This document shows, one piece after another, positions 1 through 7,449 of a stretch of DNA of 26,902 nucleotides. The stretch comes from an uncultured Pseudomonadales bacterium (GTDB lineage: Bacteria; Patescibacteriota; Microgenomatia; UBA1400; PJMF01): the NCBI GenBank assembly GCA_964635585.1, contig CAZWOQ010000001.1, forward strand, positions 1 through 26,902. The letters run 5' to 3'. The notes beneath the pieces are model-generated. The model was not told the origin of the DNA and searched no databases. It worked only from the letters and a program-made list of their open reading frames with translations. The position numbers and the translations under genes are program-made. Each line of letters starts with the position of its first letter. The first letter of the stretch is position 1.

Positions 1-2
1 AA

Positions 3-830
3 ATTGATAAAACAGAAATTACCCAAACTGCCGACGAAAAACTCTGTATCGTCATTGCCGGTAGCCAGGGCCAAGAGGGTTCTTCACTGGTTAGAGCTGT
101 TTATGGAGAGCACCAAATCATCCAAATTACGGCTAAAGATAAAGTTGTTTTTTCGGCTGATGTTATTCCGGGAAATGAAGTTAATTATTTTGCTGCTATC
201 GATGAACTTGCAGCGAACGGTATTGATGTGGTCTATCCAGACATTTATCCAGGAATTCACCAGTCTGGTCACGCAGCGGCCCCTGAGCAAAAACTCATGG
301 TTGAAACCCTTCAGCCTCGTTTCGTCATGCCGATCGGTGGTGCTGACCGCCACCGTGCCTTGTTTTTGAAAAACGTCGCTTTACCAGCGGGGATGCAAAA
401 AGATCAAGTGCTTCTTCCTACGATTGGCCAAGTTTTGGGCATTGATGGGACATCAGTGAGTGTAATTGATGAGGTGAGTTTGATGCCGCGAACCGTTGAT
501 GGTCTGGGGATCGGTGATGTGGGTCCAATTGTCCTTTCGGATCGACTTTCTCTCTCCAAAGCCGGCATTATTGTTTTAGTTTTGCCAAGAACCGCTGGCA
601 GTTTCGATTTCAAAGACATCAAAGTCATTTCTCGAGGTTTTGTCTTCATGAAAGAAGCCGACGAAGTCATTCGTTTTGTCAAAGAACAAGCCATGGAAGT
701 GATTCAGGCAAATGCCGGTCAACTCAAAGATGAAGAACTCAAGAAGAAAATTGAAAAACGCTTGAGTAAAAAACTCTATCGAGTGATCCAACGTGAGCCA
801 CTCATTGTGCCCGTGATTATCGATTTCTAA
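3..830 (+). CDS. rnj: Ribonuclease J, C-terminal part (5'-truncated by window edge)
   Basis: The frame is open from position 3, not just from 228: IDKTEITQ...IVIAGSQGQEGSSLVRA...DKVVFSADVIPGNE...GIHQSGHA...RGFVFMKE...REPLIVPVII. GSQG, IPGNE, HxSGH and the C-terminal SRGF/P-x-I-x-P are RNase J signatures. Confidence 0.93.
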   Translation: MDKTEITQTADEKLCIVIAGSQGQEGSSLVRAVYGEHQIIQITAKDKVVFSADVIPGNEVNYFAAIDELAANGIDVVYPDIYPGIHQSGHAAAPEQKLMVETLQPRFVMPIGGADRHRALFLKNVALPAGMQKDQVLLPTIGQVLGIDGTSVSVIDEVSLMPRTVDGLGIGDVGPIVLSDRLSLSKAGIIVLVLPRTAGSFDFKDIKVISRGFVFMKEADEVIRFVKEQAMEVIQANAGQLKDEELKKKIEKRLSKKLYRVIQREPLIVPVIIDF

Positions 831-837
831 AATCAAC

Positions 838-898
838 GGAAAAACGCCACTTTCTCAAGCAAAAAGGATTTTCCCAGCTGACAAAGTGGCGTTTTTCC
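838..898 (+). terminator. Long hairpin after rnj, probable terminator or processing stem
   Basis: Perfect 16-bp inverted repeat GGAAAAACGCCACTTT (838-853) / AAAGTGGCGTTTTTCC (883-898), 7 nt after the rnj stop and followed by tcttt. Confidence 0.6.
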
Positions 899-928
899 TC
901 TTTAATAGAGAAGTGAGTTGTTGCTTAT

Positions 929-957
929 TTGACAAGCACAACAGAATATGATATATC
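929..957 (+). promoter_or_regulatory. Putative sigma70 promoter of ftsK
   Basis: TTGACA (929-934), 17 nt, then TG-n-TATATC (952-957). The -10 is imperfect at its last position. Confidence 0.45.
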
Positions 958-981
958 CTATAGTAATATAAAAAGTATTGT

Positions 982-3156
982 ATGGCAAAGAAACAGACCC
1001 GTAGAAAGAAGCAAGCATTTCGTATCAAGATGAAGAGCGAAACAAAGTACTCCATCTTGGCCGTGATCCTCATTTTCTTTGCGCTGCTCGTGTTAATCTC
1101 TTTTACTGGTCAAGGCCAGTGGCTTTCCTGGTTAAATGCTTTTCTCCGCCAGAAAATTGGTATTGCGACACTTTTTCTTCCTTTTGTGTTTCTCTCGGCT
1201 GGTTTAGTGATGATGCGCAGCAAATTTGCATGGTCAAATCCTGCTGTACTCTTAGGTACCTTGTTGTTGATGTTTGGGGTGACGGGTTTTGCTGGATCAG
1301 GAGAGATTGGCGCGAATTTACTGGCAAATTTGGGAAATCTGATTACCCATACAGGCGCTTTGCTCTTTTTTGCGACCGCGAGTGTCGCCGGACTCTTAAT
1401 TTTGTCTCAATCTTCTCTAATTGAGTTTGTTACTGCGCTTTTCAAACTTTTCAGCAAGAAAGCCAAGCCAGAGTTGGCGAAAGATGACTTGTTCAAGAAT
1501 CAAATTACCGAGAAAGAGATGAAGAAAGCCCACGGCTTTTCTATTCCTAAATTAGTTTTTGGCAAGGAGAAAGAATTAAAACAAGGCAAAGGTTTCGAAC
1601 AGCCTCTCGAAGAAGATCAGAGTAGCAGTAAGGCAATTATTGAGAATTCTGCCGCTCCAACAACTCCAAGTCTTGAGGGTGAAGAGGCGCTCAACACAGC
1701 CGCAATGCCGATGCTTTGGGACTATCCGCCACTCTCTCTGCTTTCAAGTAAAACTGGCGGCAAGGCTGATCGCGGTGATGTCAAAGGGAATGCTCAGATT
1801 ATCGAAAACACTTTGGAATCTTTTGGTATTAAAGCGAAGGTGGTGGAATACAATCCTGGTCCCGCAGTGACGCAGTATGCCTTAGATATTTATAAAGGTA
1901 CGCGTCTAGCAAAAATTACGGCTCTTTCGACTGATTTAGCTTTGGCTTTGGCTGCGCCAACGGGGCAAATTCGTATCGAAGCCCCAATTCCAGGACGAAA
2001 TTTAGTTGGTGTGGAAGTGCCAAACCGCAGTGCGGAGTTTGTGACTTTACGTACGATGCTTTCTTCACCAAAAATGAAAAAGCATCCATCAAAATTAGCA
2101 GTAGCTTTGGGAATCGATGTGTCTGGTCAGCCAGTGGTGGTTGATATTGCAGATATGCCTCACGTGTTGATCGCTGGATCGACGGGTTCAGGAAAATCAG
2201 TTTGTGTAAACTCATTCTTGTGTTCCATCTTATTCCGGGCTACCCCTGAAGAAGTGAAATTTATTTTGGTTGATCCGAAACGTGTTGAGTTGACTGGTTA
2301 CAATGACATTCCTCATTTACTTACCCCAGTGATTGTTGAGCCAAATAAAGTAGTCTCCGCCCTAAAGTGGGCTTGTCAATTGATGGATCAGCGCTACAAG
2401 ATGTTGGCTGAAGTGGGTGTACGGAATATTCATGACTACAATGAACTTTCTGGTTTGGCGACCATGCCAAATATTGTGATTGTGATCGATGAGTTGGCTG
2501 ATGTGATGCTTTTCGCTCCGGCAGAGGTAGAAGAAAGTGTGACGCGTTTAGCGCAGATGGCGCGGGCCGTGGGAATTCATCTTGTTTTGGCCACACAGCG
2601 ACCATCAGTAGATGTTTTGACAGGTTTGATTAAGGCGAATGTACCCACCCGAATTGCTTTTAATGTGGCTTCTGTGACAGACAGTCGGGTAATTTTGGAT
2701 ACTCCAGGGGCTGAAAAGTTGCTGGGGCGGGGTGATATGTTGTACCAGGCGCCAGACAAAGCAAAACCGGTGCGGGTTCAGGGAACTTTTGTCAGTTCTC
2801 AGGAAACAAAGAGCTTGATTGATTTCATCAAAGCTGAGGGACAGAAACCTCAATATGAAGAAGAAATTGTGACGAAATTCCAGTCTACAAAAGTGACGGG
2901 GGGCAGTGCCGGTGAAGCAGGGGGTGATGTGGATGGCAAATTTGTTGAAGCGGTGCGTTTGTTTGCTCGGGCAGACAAGGCCTCTTCTTCCTTGATTCAG
3001 CGCCGTTTATCGGTTGGTTATGCGCGGGCGGCCCGAATTCTTGACCAGATGTATGAAGCTGGTTTAGTTGGTCCACCCGATGGCAGTAAACCTCGAGACA
3101 TCAACACCACCAAGATGAATGAATTTCTCATTCAGCAGAATCAAGAAGAAAGCTAA
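982..3156 (+). CDS. ftsK: DNA translocase FtsK/SpoIIIE
   Basis: N-terminal TM segments; alpha domain (GPAVTQY, RIEAPIPG...GVEVPN); Walker A GSTGSGKS; DPKRVEL; Walker B IVIDELAD; LATQRPS; C-terminal gamma domain SSSLIQRRLSVGYARAARILD. Confidence 0.97.
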   Translation: MAKKQTRRKKQAFRIKMKSETKYSILAVILIFFALLVLISFTGQGQWLSWLNAFLRQKIGIATLFLPFVFLSAGLVMMRSKFAWSNPAVLLGTLLLMFGVTGFAGSGEIGANLLANLGNLITHTGALLFFATASVAGLLILSQSSLIEFVTALFKLFSKKAKPELAKDDLFKNQITEKEMKKAHGFSIPKLVFGKEKELKQGKGFEQPLEEDQSSSKAIIENSAAPTTPSLEGEEALNTAAMPMLWDYPPLSLLSSKTGGKADRGDVKGNAQIIENTLESFGIKAKVVEYNPGPAVTQYALDIYKGTRLAKITALSTDLALALAAPTGQIRIEAPIPGRNLVGVEVPNRSAEFVTLRTMLSSPKMKKHPSKLAVALGIDVSGQPVVVDIADMPHVLIAGSTGSGKSVCVNSFLCSILFRATPEEVKFILVDPKRVELTGYNDIPHLLTPVIVEPNKVVSALKWACQLMDQRYKMLAEVGVRNIHDYNELSGLATMPNIVIVIDELADVMLFAPAEVEESVTRLAQMARAVGIHLVLATQRPSVDVLTGLIKANVPTRIAFNVASVTDSRVILDTPGAEKLLGRGDMLYQAPDKAKPVRVQGTFVSSQETKSLIDFIKAEGQKPQYEEEIVTKFQSTKVTGGSAGEAGGDVDGKFVEAVRLFARADKASSSLIQRRLSVGYARAARILDQMYEAGLVGPPDGSKPRDINTTKMNEFLIQQNQEES

Positions 3157-3175
3157 TTTCTTTTTGAAAGACTTG

Positions 3176-3754
3176 TTAGACCAAGCGAAAACCGCGAGCT
3201 TCACCTAAGTGGAGAAATCCATCAAAATCCAGCAAAGTTCCTTGAGTTTTACATTCAATGAATTGGATTCCCTCGGTGTTGGTTCCAGAAAAATTGCTTT
3301 CGCGAAGATTACAGTGATCAAAACAAGTTTGCCGCAGTTCGCTTCCGGTAAAAGCGACCTTTTGCAGATCGCAGTGAGCAAAAACACTTCTTTCAAGTTG
3401 GCAGTCAGTAAATTCTGAGTCGCGCAGATCCCAAGTTTTCCAAAGTCGATCCCGCTCGTTTTTGAATTGTTGAAAGAGCGAATTTTCAATAATGGCCTGT
3501 TGAAAATGACAAGAACGAAAATTGACAGGAGAAAAGTCAAGGTTACTGAGTTTACTGCCAGGAAATTGACAATTTTCAAAAAGACTGATGGCAAAATGGA
3601 CAGCAGTGAAATCACAGCTTTCAAAGCGGCAGTGAAAAAAACTACTGAGCTTCAAGTCAGCGCCAGAAAACTGGCAGTGCAGGAAAGTCTGATTTTCAAA
3701 GGTTTCACCTTGGAGTTCATGGGCAAAGTGCAGGTTTTTGAAATCAGGTCGCAT
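3176..3754 (-). CDS. Pentapeptide-repeat protein (Qnr/MfpA-like)
   Basis: 192 aa of tandem (S/A/C)-x-F/L-x-x pentapeptides (ADLKL SSFFH CRFES CDFTA...), ending in a helix-like segment GTLLDFDGFLHLGEARGFRLV. Confidence 0.9.
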   Translation of the reverse strand: MRPDFKNLHFAHELQGETFENQTFLHCQFSGADLKLSSFFHCRFESCDFTAVHFAISLFENCQFPGSKLSNLDFSPVNFRSCHFQQAIIENSLFQQFKNERDRLWKTWDLRDSEFTDCQLERSVFAHCDLQKVAFTGSELRQTCFDHCNLRESNFSGTNTEGIQFIECKTQGTLLDFDGFLHLGEARGFRLV

Positions 3755-3801
3755 AGCGATATTGTAAGCCCTTTGGGTGAGGAAAAGGGCAAAAAGAGTT
3801 G

Positions 3802-4199
3802 TGGAGATGGCGGGTTATGACCCCGCGTCCGAAGCATCGTTCCAGTGTATGACTACAAGTTTAGGATATTTTTGATTTGAATTCGAGCGAAAGTACCCAA
3901 ACGGTTCCGAATTCATCCATATCAAAGTCTTGGAATTAGGTTGATATGAGCGCCTAATTTTGCCACAGAGCTGAGGTTTTCACCCAATAGTCACCACTCT
4001 GAGAGTGAGTTATTGAATGCCAAATTACGCAAAAGCGTAGTTTGGAGCAAAGAAACCGGCCAAACGGTCGAGACCGCGACTGAAGGTTTCTTTGAGTTGA
4101 GATAAACTTTTGACAGTTATTTTTTGCTGATTTTTGCGTCTGTCAGCGAAGACGACTTGCCACGAACTGCATTGATGTCCGTCAAAGCAATACATCCCC
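3802..4199 (-). ncRNA. ssrA: tmRNA (transfer-messenger RNA), one-piece, about 398 nt
   Basis: The 5' end GGGGAUG pairs with the 3' CAUCUCC-A and includes the Ala identity pair G3:U. T-stem GCGGG/CCCGC follows GGAC. Helix-2 pairings catc/gatg, cagt/actg, gtggc/gtcat and caagt/acttg are present. PK1 is cgtct/agacg plus gctga/tcagc, followed by AAAAAAUAACU and a tag frame ending NYAFA*. CCA is not fully encoded. Confidence 0.95.
4025..4114 (-). other. tmRNA tag reading frame: (A)VKSLSQLKETFSRGLDRLAGFFAPNYAFA*
   Basis: Resume codon GUC directly follows AUAACU, the usual resume context. There are 29 codons to TAA, and the C-terminus YAFA resembles the YALAA degron. Confidence 0.8.
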
Positions 4200-4215
4200 T
4201 GTTAAAGAACTCCTT

Positions 4216-4244
4216 AGTATAGCATATTTAGCCTGGAAATTCAA
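4216..4244 (-). promoter_or_regulatory. sigma70 promoter of ssrA
   Basis: TTGAAT (4244-4239), 17 nt, then TG-c-TATACT (4221-4216); it lies 16 nt upstream of the mature 5' end. Confidence 0.75.
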
Positions 4245-4912
4245 GTTTTTTTGCTGGCGACGGCCAAGATGCTGATTTGTTGGGGACCAGCCAGGCGGAG
4301 CGCCTGGCTGGCCATATTTACTGTGGCTCCCGTGGTAAAAACGTCATCGAGTAAAAGGATTTTTTTGTTGGTCAGTTGTGTTTTTACCTCTGGTTTCAGT
4401 AGAAAAACACCTTGCATTCGCTCAATGCGTTTTTTTTGATGAGAGACTTGAGCTTGGGCAGTCAGATAGCGTCTTCTTTCGAGGCAATCAAGATAAGGAA
4501 TCTGACTGAGCTCTGCCAGATGCTGGGCAATGGCAGCGGCTTGGTTATAACCGCGTTCCCGAAGTTTTTCTGGGTGCAGTGGAATGGCAGTGAGATAGTC
4601 AGCTGGCGGAAATTTCAAATGTTGCCAGAGCAGTTCTGCCAAGTATGGGGCAACATTTTTCGCGCCAGCGTATTTCAGTTGATAAATTAACAAGGAAAGC
4701 GGTTTTTGTAGTTGGGCCAAAATGCAAACTTGGTCAAAATAAAGCGGACCAAGACTGTTGGCCAAACTGCGTTGACTGGGATTTTGCCAGATGAACTCAA
4801 TCCCATGTTGGCAGTCATGACAGAGAAAGTTCTCCAAACGTTGGCAAGAAAGACAGCTGGGAGGATAGAGGCAATCTAAGAGAAAAGTCCGAATTTTTTG
4901 CCAAGTTAGCAT
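4241..4912 (-). CDS. comF: ComF family protein (zinc ribbon plus phosphoribosyltransferase-like domain)
   Basis: N-terminal CLSC...LCHDC; PLHPEKLRERGYNQA; PRPP motif ILLLDDVFTTGAT. Confidence 0.93.
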   Translation of the reverse strand: MLTWQKIRTFLLDCLYPPSCLSCQRLENFLCHDCQHGIEFIWQNPSQRSLANSLGPLYFDQVCILAQLQKPLSLLIYQLKYAGAKNVAPYLAELLWQHLKFPPADYLTAIPLHPEKLRERGYNQAAAIAQHLAELSQIPYLDCLERRRYLTAQAQVSHQKKRIERMQGVFLLKPEVKTQLTNKKILLLDDVFTTGATVNMASQALRLAGPQQISILAVASKKT

Positions 4913-4918
4913 GTCTTT

Positions 4919-4927
4919 AATTTAGCA
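4919..4927 (-). promoter_or_regulatory. Extended -10 element 6 nt before the comF ATG (leaderless)
   Basis: Minus strand reads TG-c-TAAATT-aaagac-ATG. Confidence 0.5.
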
Positions 4928-5126
4928 AAACTCACAAACTGGATCTTTGCTTTTCCTTAATGGAGTGCGCTTCAAACTCCGGGAATTTTCTTGGATTCTG
5001 GCTGAGGAAAGCACTGCTGGCGTTTTTGGTCGAGTTTTCATATAATACCAACACTGGTGAGGAATGGTGGACAAGGCAAAGTCAGCCTTTTTGTTTGGCT
5101 GTGAAGGCAGTTTATCGTTAAAAATT

Positions 5127-5200
5127 GGTCAATTAGCTCAGTTGGTTAGAGCGCACGATTCACATTCGTGAGGTCACTGGTTCAAGTCCAGTATTGACCA
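5127..5200 (+). tRNA. tRNA-Val (anticodon CAC)
   Basis: Full cloverleaf: acceptor GGTCAAT/ATTGACC, D-arm GCTC/GAGC, anticodon arm CACGA-TTCACAT-TCGTG, T-arm ACTGG-TTCAAGT-CCAGT, discriminator A. CCA is not encoded. A TATAAT at 5041-5046 upstream may be its promoter. Confidence 0.97.
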
Positions 5201-5220
5201 CAGTTAGTTTCCCCAGAAAC

Positions 5221-5249
5221 TTGACCGAAGTTTTTTTCTTTGCCATAAT
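5221..5249 (+). promoter_or_regulatory. sigma70 promoter 6 nt before ATG 5256 (leaderless)
   Basis: TTGACC (5221-5226), 17 nt, TG-c-CATAAT (5244-5249), attttc, ATG. Confidence 0.7.
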
Positions 5250-5255
5250 ATTTTC

Positions 5256-5519
5256 ATGGACTCTGCCACAAAAAACGCTCTACTTTGGATTTTTGGCCTT
5301 TTGGCACTTTTTCTGTTTCTCACGAGAGAGACACACTACAAAGGACAAACAGCAGAAGAATGGGCGGATGAGGCGGCCTATTGGTATTCTGAGGCGGAGA
5401 ATACTCAAGAGGCTTTAGACCAAGCGAATAGGAATATCGAAGACGCGAAATATTACGCTTGGGAAAGTTATGATGAGATGGGCGAGGCACTCGATTATCT
5501 AGAAACAGTTGAGCCCTAA
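5256..5519 (+). CDS. Small hypothetical protein with N-terminal membrane anchor and acidic helical C-terminus
   Basis: 87 aa. Hydrophobic ALLWIFGLLALFLFL is followed by an acidic, aromatic-rich segment. It has its own near-consensus promoter and fits the intergenic space exactly. Confidence 0.75.
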   Translation: MDSATKNALLWIFGLLALFLFLTRETHYKGQTAEEWADEAAYWYSEAENTQEALDQANRNIEDAKYYAWESYDEMGEALDYLETVEP

Positions 5520-5554
5520 GTGGTTTTTTTACTCGTCCACTAGAATGTGTAGAT

Positions 5555-6163
5555 ATGACCGTGGCGGTATTTGGAGATAGTATTGCTTGGGGGATGGTTG
5601 ATCCTTTGGGTGGTGGTTGGGTGAATCGCAGTAAGCGTTTACTCGAAAAGCAATTTCCCGATTTAGACTTTTATAATTTGAGTGTTCCAGGAGATACTAC
5701 GGCAGATGTTTTGCGGCGCTTTGAGGTCGAGAGCAAATCTCGAGAACCAGAAGTGATTATTTTTGCGATTGGAATCAATGACACCGTGATCAGTACTGTT
5801 GGTCAGCGGGCTAAAGTAGCGGAGTCGACCTTTCTTCTCCACCTACAAAAATTATATCGTCTAGCGTCTCTCTTCAGTCGTCAAGTTTTTTTTGTTGGGT
5901 TGACTCGAGTTGATGAAAAGCGCAGCCAGCCAATGCGGCTTGATCCCAGCATTACCTATCAGAATCGCCGAATTAAGCGTTTTGACCAGTTGTTGCGTAA
6001 TTTTGCTGAAACGCAGTCAGCTCTCTATGTTCCGGTTGCAGAGGTTTTGAAACCGAGTGACCTTATTGATGGGTTGCATCCAAATACACAAGGTCATCAG
6101 AAGCTTTTTCGTCAACTTCGCCAACAGCTTTTGCCGGCAGTCATTGCTGCTTTGCAAAAATAA
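5555..6163 (+). CDS. SGNH/GDSL-type esterase/lipase
   Basis: Block I VFGDSIAWG, block II G (VPGDT), block III GIND, block V DGLHP. TAGAAT at 5541-5546 lies 8 nt before the ATG. Confidence 0.92.
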   Translation: MTVAVFGDSIAWGMVDPLGGGWVNRSKRLLEKQFPDLDFYNLSVPGDTTADVLRRFEVESKSREPEVIIFAIGINDTVISTVGQRAKVAESTFLLHLQKLYRLASLFSRQVFFVGLTRVDEKRSQPMRLDPSITYQNRRIKRFDQLLRNFAETQSALYVPVAEVLKPSDLIDGLHPNTQGHQKLFRQLRQQLLPAVIAALQK

Positions 6164-6228
6164 AAGAGTTTCGCGTCAATCTTTCTCGAGTTGCTTTTTC
6201 CTGTATAATACAGGTTGGAAGGATTCCT

Positions 6229-6663
6229 ATGACATTACAAGAACAACTTATGGAAGATATGAAGACCGCCATGAAGGCGCATGAGACTATGCGTCTGGAT
6301 GTTATTCGTATGATTCGTGCGGCAGTGAAAAATTATGAGATTGATCACGGTGTTGCCGATGATGCGAAGGTGCAAAATATTATTTCGACTATGGTCAAAC
6401 AACAGCAGGATGCGCTCAAAGATTTCGAGCGGGCTGCTCGGCAAGATTTGATTGATGAAGCCAAGGCAAATATTGAAATTTTAGCTGCCTATCTCCCCGC
6501 TCAACTCAGTGATGAAGAACTAGAAACAGCGGTCAAAGAAGTGCTGGCCCAAGCGAGCACGAAGGATTTCGGTCCCCTGATGGGTCAGGTAATGAAGCGT
6601 GTACAAGGCAAAGCCGATGGCACTCGAGTTACTCAAGTTCTAAAAGCACTTTTGGCTGCCTAA
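6229..6663 (+). CDS. yqeY: GatB/YqeY domain protein
   Basis: L-x-E-x-L-x-x-D-M-K-x-AMKA...IRMIRAAVKN...YLPAQLS...DFGPLMG-x-VM...KADG. TATAAT at 6204-6209 and SD-like GGAAGGA upstream. Confidence 0.93.
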   Translation: MTLQEQLMEDMKTAMKAHETMRLDVIRMIRAAVKNYEIDHGVADDAKVQNIISTMVKQQQDALKDFERAARQDLIDEAKANIEILAAYLPAQLSDEELETAVKEVLAQASTKDFGPLMGQVMKRVQGKADGTRVTQVLKALLAA

Positions 6664-6687
6664 GCAGAGAAATTTCTCCTTGGGGGC

Positions 6688-6716
6688 TTGAGTCTGCTTG
6701 GCTTTTTCTCTAGAAT
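6688..6716 (+). promoter_or_regulatory. sigma70 promoter 6 nt before ATG 6723 (leaderless)
   Basis: TTGAGT (6688-6693), 17 nt, TAGAAT (6711-6716), agcgct, ATG. Confidence 0.7.
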
Positions 6717-6722
6717 AGCGCT

Positions 6723-7367
6723 ATGAAGACGCAGAGCGTAGGTGAACTTCTTTCAGCGGCTCGACAGCGGGCACGGCTTTCTCTCGAAGATCTTGCGGTG
6801 GAAACGCGGATCCAGTCAGAGTATTTAGAGGCTCTTGAAGCAAATGACTTTGAAGTTCTTCCAGAAGCAGTTTTTGTGAAAGCAATGATCCGCAATTATG
6901 CTCGGGTTTTGTCTCTTGATGCGGCTCCACTTTTGGCGGTGTTGCGGCGAGACTATGAAGAAAGTGCTCGTGGCCAACTTATTCCTCGAGAATACTTATT
7001 TCCCGTTTTACGAAAAAGACAATTTTGGTCGCCAGTGCGGCTTTTGGTGCTTGCTGCCGTAGCGGTTTTCGTCATGGTAAGCGGTTATGCTGCTTGGAAA
7101 TGGTACCAAATGAATCGTCCACCAGAGCTTATTGTTCAAGAACCCACAGAAGCTGCCGTAGTTTCAGCAACATTGCAAGTCCAGGGGAAAAGTACAGCAG
7201 ATACTGTCGTGACGGTGAATGGACAGCCCGTGGCATTGCGACAGGACGGCTCCTTTACGGCTGAAGTAAATTTCCCAGAGGAAGGGCCGACTAATATCAG
7301 CATTAAAGTAACCGACAAAAAAGGGCGAAGTAGTATGGTCCAACGCTCAGTTTTGGTGCAATTCTAA
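6723..7367 (+). CDS. RodZ-like protein: XRE/HTH_25 domain, TM helix, extracellular Ig-like domain
   Basis: VGELLSAARQRARLSLEDLAVETRIQSEYLEALEANDFEVLPEAVFVKAMIRNYARVLSLD is the RodZ HTH pattern. TM is LLVLAAVAVFVMVSGYAAW. The C-terminus is beta-rich (PPELIV...VTVNGQ...DGSFT...IKVTDKKG). Confidence 0.85.
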   Translation: MKTQSVGELLSAARQRARLSLEDLAVETRIQSEYLEALEANDFEVLPEAVFVKAMIRNYARVLSLDAAPLLAVLRRDYEESARGQLIPREYLFPVLRKRQFWSPVRLLVLAAVAVFVMVSGYAAWKWYQMNRPPELIVQEPTEAAVVSATLQVQGKSTADTVVTVNGQPVALRQDGSFTAEVNFPEEGPTNISIKVTDKKGRSSMVQRSVLVQF

Positions 7368-7411
7368 AGTTTTTCCTTTTTTTGGAAAACATCTTGATTT
7401 TTTCAATGGAT

Positions 7412-7440
7412 TTGGGGAAAAGGCGAAACTTTGCTACAAT
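7412..7440 (+). promoter_or_regulatory. sigma70 promoter 9 nt before ATG 7450
   Basis: TTGGGG, 17 nt, TG-c-TACAAT (7435-7440). Confidence 0.6.
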
Positions 7441-7449
7441 GAAGCCACT

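Noticed and set aside
4922-5041. 39-codon minus-strand ORF (MKTRPKTPAVL...KDPVCEFC*) upstream of comF, below the ORF-track cutoff
   Set aside because: It has no SD or correctly spaced promoter, and I recognise no homology. comF has its own leaderless promoter overlapping this ORF's stop. It is probably chance; tBLASTn conservation would rescue it.
5047-5126. Segment before tRNA-Val (ggtgaggaatggtggaca) faintly resembling a tRNA D-arm, with a small cagcc/ggctg hairpin
   Set aside because: No acceptor stem, anticodon arm or T-arm can be built. It is treated as pre-tRNA leader or intergenic DNA.
3755-5560. Integrated element at the ssrA or tRNA-Val 3' end
   Set aside because: There is no integrase or transposase, no duplicated tRNA or tmRNA 3' fragment, and no obvious compositional break.
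6662-6699. 12-bp palindrome GAGAAATTTCTC (6667-6678) and AAGCAGA/TCTGCTT arms between yqeY and the RodZ-like gene
   Set aside because: It could be a weak terminator or an operator, but it occurs once, the folds compete and there is no clear U tract. The evidence is too weak to call.
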